DNA of 64,000 nucleotides from Pseudomonadota bacterium (GTDB lineage Bacteria; Pseudomonadota; Alphaproteobacteria; Rhizobiales; Stappiaceae): NCBI GenBank assembly GCA_039195965.1, contig JBCCVB010000012.1, positions 1,172 to 65,171 of the forward strand, read 5' to 3'. Shown piece by piece: positions 60,909 to 64,000 of this stretch (position 1 is its first letter; each line of letters starts with the position of its first letter). The notes under the pieces were generated by a model. It saw only the letters and a program-made list of their open reading frames with translations, ran no database searches and was not told where the DNA came from. The position numbers and the translations under genes were made by a program.

Positions 60909-62348
60909 TTGAGCAAGAAACTCTATTCCGGTCACACCCTCAAACAGATCAGATCCGACTTTGGGCTATCGCAAACCGAGTTCGCCAAAAAGATCGGTCT
61001 ATCAACGGCTTATGTGAACCAGATCGAGAACAACAACCGTCCTGTGACGGCCTCGGTCCTGCTGACCATCAACCGGATCTTCGGCGTCGACCTGGCGGCC
61101 TTCGAGAAGAACGACCTGGACAGGGTTGTTCAGGATTTGCAGGAAGTTTTTGCAGATACACAGTTTCACAGCTCTTCCGTGAGCAGGCAGGAAATACAGG
61201 AACTGGTCTCCCGCGCCCCAGGAATCACCAAGGTGATAATGGACCTCTACGGGGCCCTCAGAAACTATCACGACCGGGATGCGATTGAAGATGAACTCGT
61301 ACATACCGGAGGAGCGGAGGAAAGCGGATCAGGCATCCGCATGTCCGCTTACGACGAAGTCCGGGATTATTTTCATTACACCGACAACTATGTCGACTCC
61401 CTCGACCGCGCGGCGGAGAGACTTGCCTATGAAATCAGCCTGCACAATTGCCCAAGCAAGTTTGACAGGCTTACAGGCTGGCTGAAAAAGAAGTTCGACA
61501 TTGCCGTTGAACAGCATCCGGACTACCGGGGCACCCTGATAAGGCAGGAAGACTACACCCGGAAAATTTCCATCTATCGAGCCGCGCCGCAATCGACCAA
61601 GAACTTTCTGCTCGGCTCGGTCATTGCCGAGCTCTGCGTGAAGGACCTTATTTCAGAGGAAGTCAAGCGCGCCAAGTTCAAGACGAGATCGGCGGAAAGC
61701 ATCGCCCGGCTCGCTTTGCGAAACTACTTTTCCGGCGCTCTTCTCCTCCCCTATGACGACTTCCTGCGCGCGGCGGCCAAGTGCCGGCACGACCTTCAGC
61801 TGCTGTCAAACACAATGGATGCCAGCATTGAAACCATCTGCCACCGCCTGTCGACATTGCAACGTCCGGGCGCAAATGGACTCCCCTTTTACTTCGTCAA
61901 GATCGACCGAGCCGGTAACGTGGTCAAAAGGCACAGCGCCACGCGCTTCCAGTTTGCCCGCTTCGGCGGCTCCTGCCCTCGCTGGAACGTTCATCAGGCC
62001 TTTGAACAGAACTCCAACAAATTCACCGCGCAAGTGGCACAGATGCCCGACGGTGTTCAGTATCTTTGCATTGCCACCAGCATCACCAAACACCAGGCCG
62101 ACTACAACACCGGCGAGCGCCGCTACGCCCTGGGCATAGGCTGTGAGGTCAAATATGCTGACGCCATTGTCTATGCCGACGGACTGGCTGTGGACGAGAT
62201 TTCGGCACCCGAACCGATAGGTGTGAATTGCCGTATCTGTTCCAGGGACAATTGCGACCAACGCGCCTTCCCGGCCATCGACAAAGAACCTTTCATCGAC
62301 CCCGGCCAGCGCGGGATCGTGCCTTACCGGGTCAAGGTAACGGACTAG
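60909..62348 (+). CDS. Short-chain fatty acyl-CoA regulator (ScfR/RamB/PrpR-type XRE family)
   Basis: XRE HTH, Zn-peptidase-like region, HRLSTLQRPG, GSCPRWNVH and C-terminal CRIC...CDQRAFP. Start taken at TTG 60909. Confidence 0.92.
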   Translation: MSKKLYSGHTLKQIRSDFGLSQTEFAKKIGLSTAYVNQIENNNRPVTASVLLTINRIFGVDLAAFEKNDLDRVVQDLQEVFADTQFHSSSVSRQEIQELVSRAPGITKVIMDLYGALRNYHDRDAIEDELVHTGGAEESGSGIRMSAYDEVRDYFHYTDNYVDSLDRAAERLAYEISLHNCPSKFDRLTGWLKKKFDIAVEQHPDYRGTLIRQEDYTRKISIYRAAPQSTKNFLLGSVIAELCVKDLISEEVKRAKFKTRSAESIARLALRNYFSGALLLPYDDFLRAAAKCRHDLQLLSNTMDASIETICHRLSTLQRPGANGLPFYFVKIDRAGNVVKRHSATRFQFARFGGSCPRWNVHQAFEQNSNKFTAQVAQMPDGVQYLCIATSITKHQADYNTGERRYALGIGCEVKYADAIVYADGLAVDEISAPEPIGVNCRICSRDNCDQRAFPAIDKEPFIDPGQRGIVPYRVKVTD

Positions 62349-63568
62349 GTCAGTTCTCCGGCAGCTTCCAACAAAAACTCGATGAACCGGCAGTGCATCG
62401 GCGTCGGCCTCCAGTCGGTCCGCGTTGTGATGCCGATGGGCCTCTGCGTATCGGGAAGATTGAACGAAATTCGGGCAATCTGTCCGCTGTCGACGTCTTC
62501 CTGCATCTGATGAACCGAAATAAGTGCAAGGCGGTCGCTCCCTCGGAGCACCCCCCTCATGAGAATGAGCGACCCGGTATCGACCAGTTGCTCCGCCGGC
62601 TCCATACCTGCCTCTAAAAACATCTTCTCGAACTGACGTCTCGTTGGCGTTCCGCTTCTGGGAACAATCCAGGGAAAAACCGCTAGGTCATCAATTTTTG
62701 TGTCGCGGCGATCCGCGAGCGGATGTCCAGTGCGGGCGAAAACTCCCAGGTAATCCGAGAACAGAACTTTCTGCTCCACATCCTCTATCGGCAAAGGAAA
62801 GCGCAAGGCGCCGATCATGAGATCAATCTCACCGTGGCGCAGATTGTGTAGGAGATCATCGTAGGGTCCATCAACCACACTGATCTGAACCGAGGGATGC
62901 GCAGCGGTCAGTGCATTGATTGCCTGGGGGAGCACCCGACTTCGTGCGAGCGGTAAACTCCCGACGATAATGCGTGTCGTTTCAACGCCTCTGGTCGCAT
63001 CAATTTCCTCAAAGGCGTGCTTCAGCTCGGCATAGGCGAGTTTGGAGTACTGAGCCAGTACCTTTGCCGCATCGGTGAGATCAATGCCCTGTTTTGAAGC
63101 AACAAAAAGATCTAGTCCTGTTACGGCTTCCAGATCCCGGGCCACCCTGTGCAACGATGGTTGAGAAACACCGATATGGCGTGCAGCCAGCGAAAAATTG
63201 CCGGAATGCTCAACGGCAAGCAAAGCCCTGAGTTGCGTACTCGTGATGAGCTGATCGAAGTTTCCGCCCCCGGAGGCAACGCCGCGCTCCTGTTTCCTGA
63301 AAGCCAGCGCACAACCTTCCCTGATCAGATCGAGCGCCCGTCGCCCTCTGTTCCGGAGAAGCTCTCCGGCTTCCGTTGCAAACATACCTTTGCTGCGCCG
63401 GTCGAACAGCTTCTGCTGAAAGGTTGCCTCGAGTTTGGCGATTGCCTGAGTGATGGCCGGCTGCGAAAGGTTGACGGCTCTAGCCGCTGTGGAAACACCC
63501 TGCCCTTTCACTACCTCAAGGAAAACTCGAATGTGACGAAGGTTAAGAAGTTCTCTTTCCCGTGCCAT
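62345..63568 (-). CDS. galR: LysR-type regulator with two HTH domains (GalR-like)
   Basis: Two LysR HTHs (VSTAARAVNLSQPAITQAI; FSLAARHIGVSQPSLHR), divergent from a galB-like gene. Confidence 0.75.
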   Translation of the reverse strand: MARERELLNLRHIRVFLEVVKGQGVSTAARAVNLSQPAITQAIAKLEATFQQKLFDRRSKGMFATEAGELLRNRGRRALDLIREGCALAFRKQERGVASGGGNFDQLITSTQLRALLAVEHSGNFSLAARHIGVSQPSLHRVARDLEAVTGLDLFVASKQGIDLTDAAKVLAQYSKLAYAELKHAFEEIDATRGVETTRIIVGSLPLARSRVLPQAINALTAAHPSVQISVVDGPYDDLLHNLRHGEIDLMIGALRFPLPIEDVEQKVLFSDYLGVFARTGHPLADRRDTKIDDLAVFPWIVPRSGTPTRRQFEKMFLEAGMEPAEQLVDTGSLILMRGVLRGSDRLALISVHQMQEDVDSGQIARISFNLPDTQRPIGITTRTDWRPTPMHCRFIEFLLEAAGELT

Positions 63569-63687
63569 TTTACCTCCACCTTCATCTAGAGTTATAGCAT
63601 TTTCTTATCGACAAGACAGCCAATTGCATTGGTTTTTTCCCGGCACCTGAGAAAGGATCACACGAACGAAAACTACCAGGAGGTCCC

Positions 63688-64000
63688 ATGTCGGACAGGA
63701 AAACAGCTCTTGTGATCAGCGCACATGCCGCTGACTTTGTCTGGCGTTGTGGTGGTGCGATCGCTCTTCACCAGAAGCTCGGCTTTGAGGTCACTGTTGT
63801 CTGTCTGTCCTATGGAGAGCGCGGTGAAAGTGCCAAACTCTGGAAAGAGCCTGGCATGAACATGGACAGGGTAAAGACCGCCCGGCGGATGGAAGCTGAA
63901 AAAGCCGCAGCAGCACTGAACGTGCATGACATTCAATTCATGGACCTTGGCGACTATCCGCTTCATGTAGATGCCGAAGCAAGAGACAAGCTGGTAGATA
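63688..64000 (+). CDS. galB: 4-oxalomesaconate hydratase (PIG-L family), 5' part; runs off the right edge
   Basis: AGGAGG RBS, then MSDRKTALVISAHAADFVWRCGGAIA...CLSYGERGESAKLWK...DLGDYP. Confidence 0.8.
   Translation, partial: MSDRKTALVISAHAADFVWRCGGAIALHQKLGFEVTVVCLSYGERGESAKLWKEPGMNMDRVKTARRMEAEKAAAALNVHDIQFMDLGDYPLHVDAEARDKLVD

Overview
This is a core-chromosome segment of a marine-type alphaproteobacterium. Gene order and sequence style suggest Hyphomicrobiales, probably Roseibium/Labrenzia; this is inferred, not searched. The housekeeping backbone is yqeY-dnaG-rpoD, carA, carB-greA, trxB-LysR (VtlR/LsrB-like), msrP, an EF-G paralogue, an aspartate aminotransferase and speD-speE. It is interspersed with small regulator-plus-enzyme modules. 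The left edge is a tRNA-Ile(CAT) followed by a DUF6538-type integrase, marking a probable island boundary. The right edge starts a galR-galB-like aromatic-degradation locus. The most unusual locus is 19.7-22.1 kb. It holds a sigma54-like promoter, a tandem array of tRNA-shaped but non-decoding units, a roughly 280-nt highly base-paired non-coding element, a three-repeat SPFH (slipin) protein and an RNA 2'-phosphotransferase (KptA/Tpt1), with no RtcB, RtcR or Ro60 gene in the window. Other points of interest are: an ArsR(CC)-ArsP-transglutaminase-sarcosine-oxidase-like operon that may act on organoarsenicals; an orphan PAAR-metallopeptidase effector with a candidate immunity gene; an AbcR-like sRNA; and an EF-G paralogue lacking the catalytic His. 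No CRISPR array or rRNA was seen. All family names come from motif recognition by eye, not from database searches.
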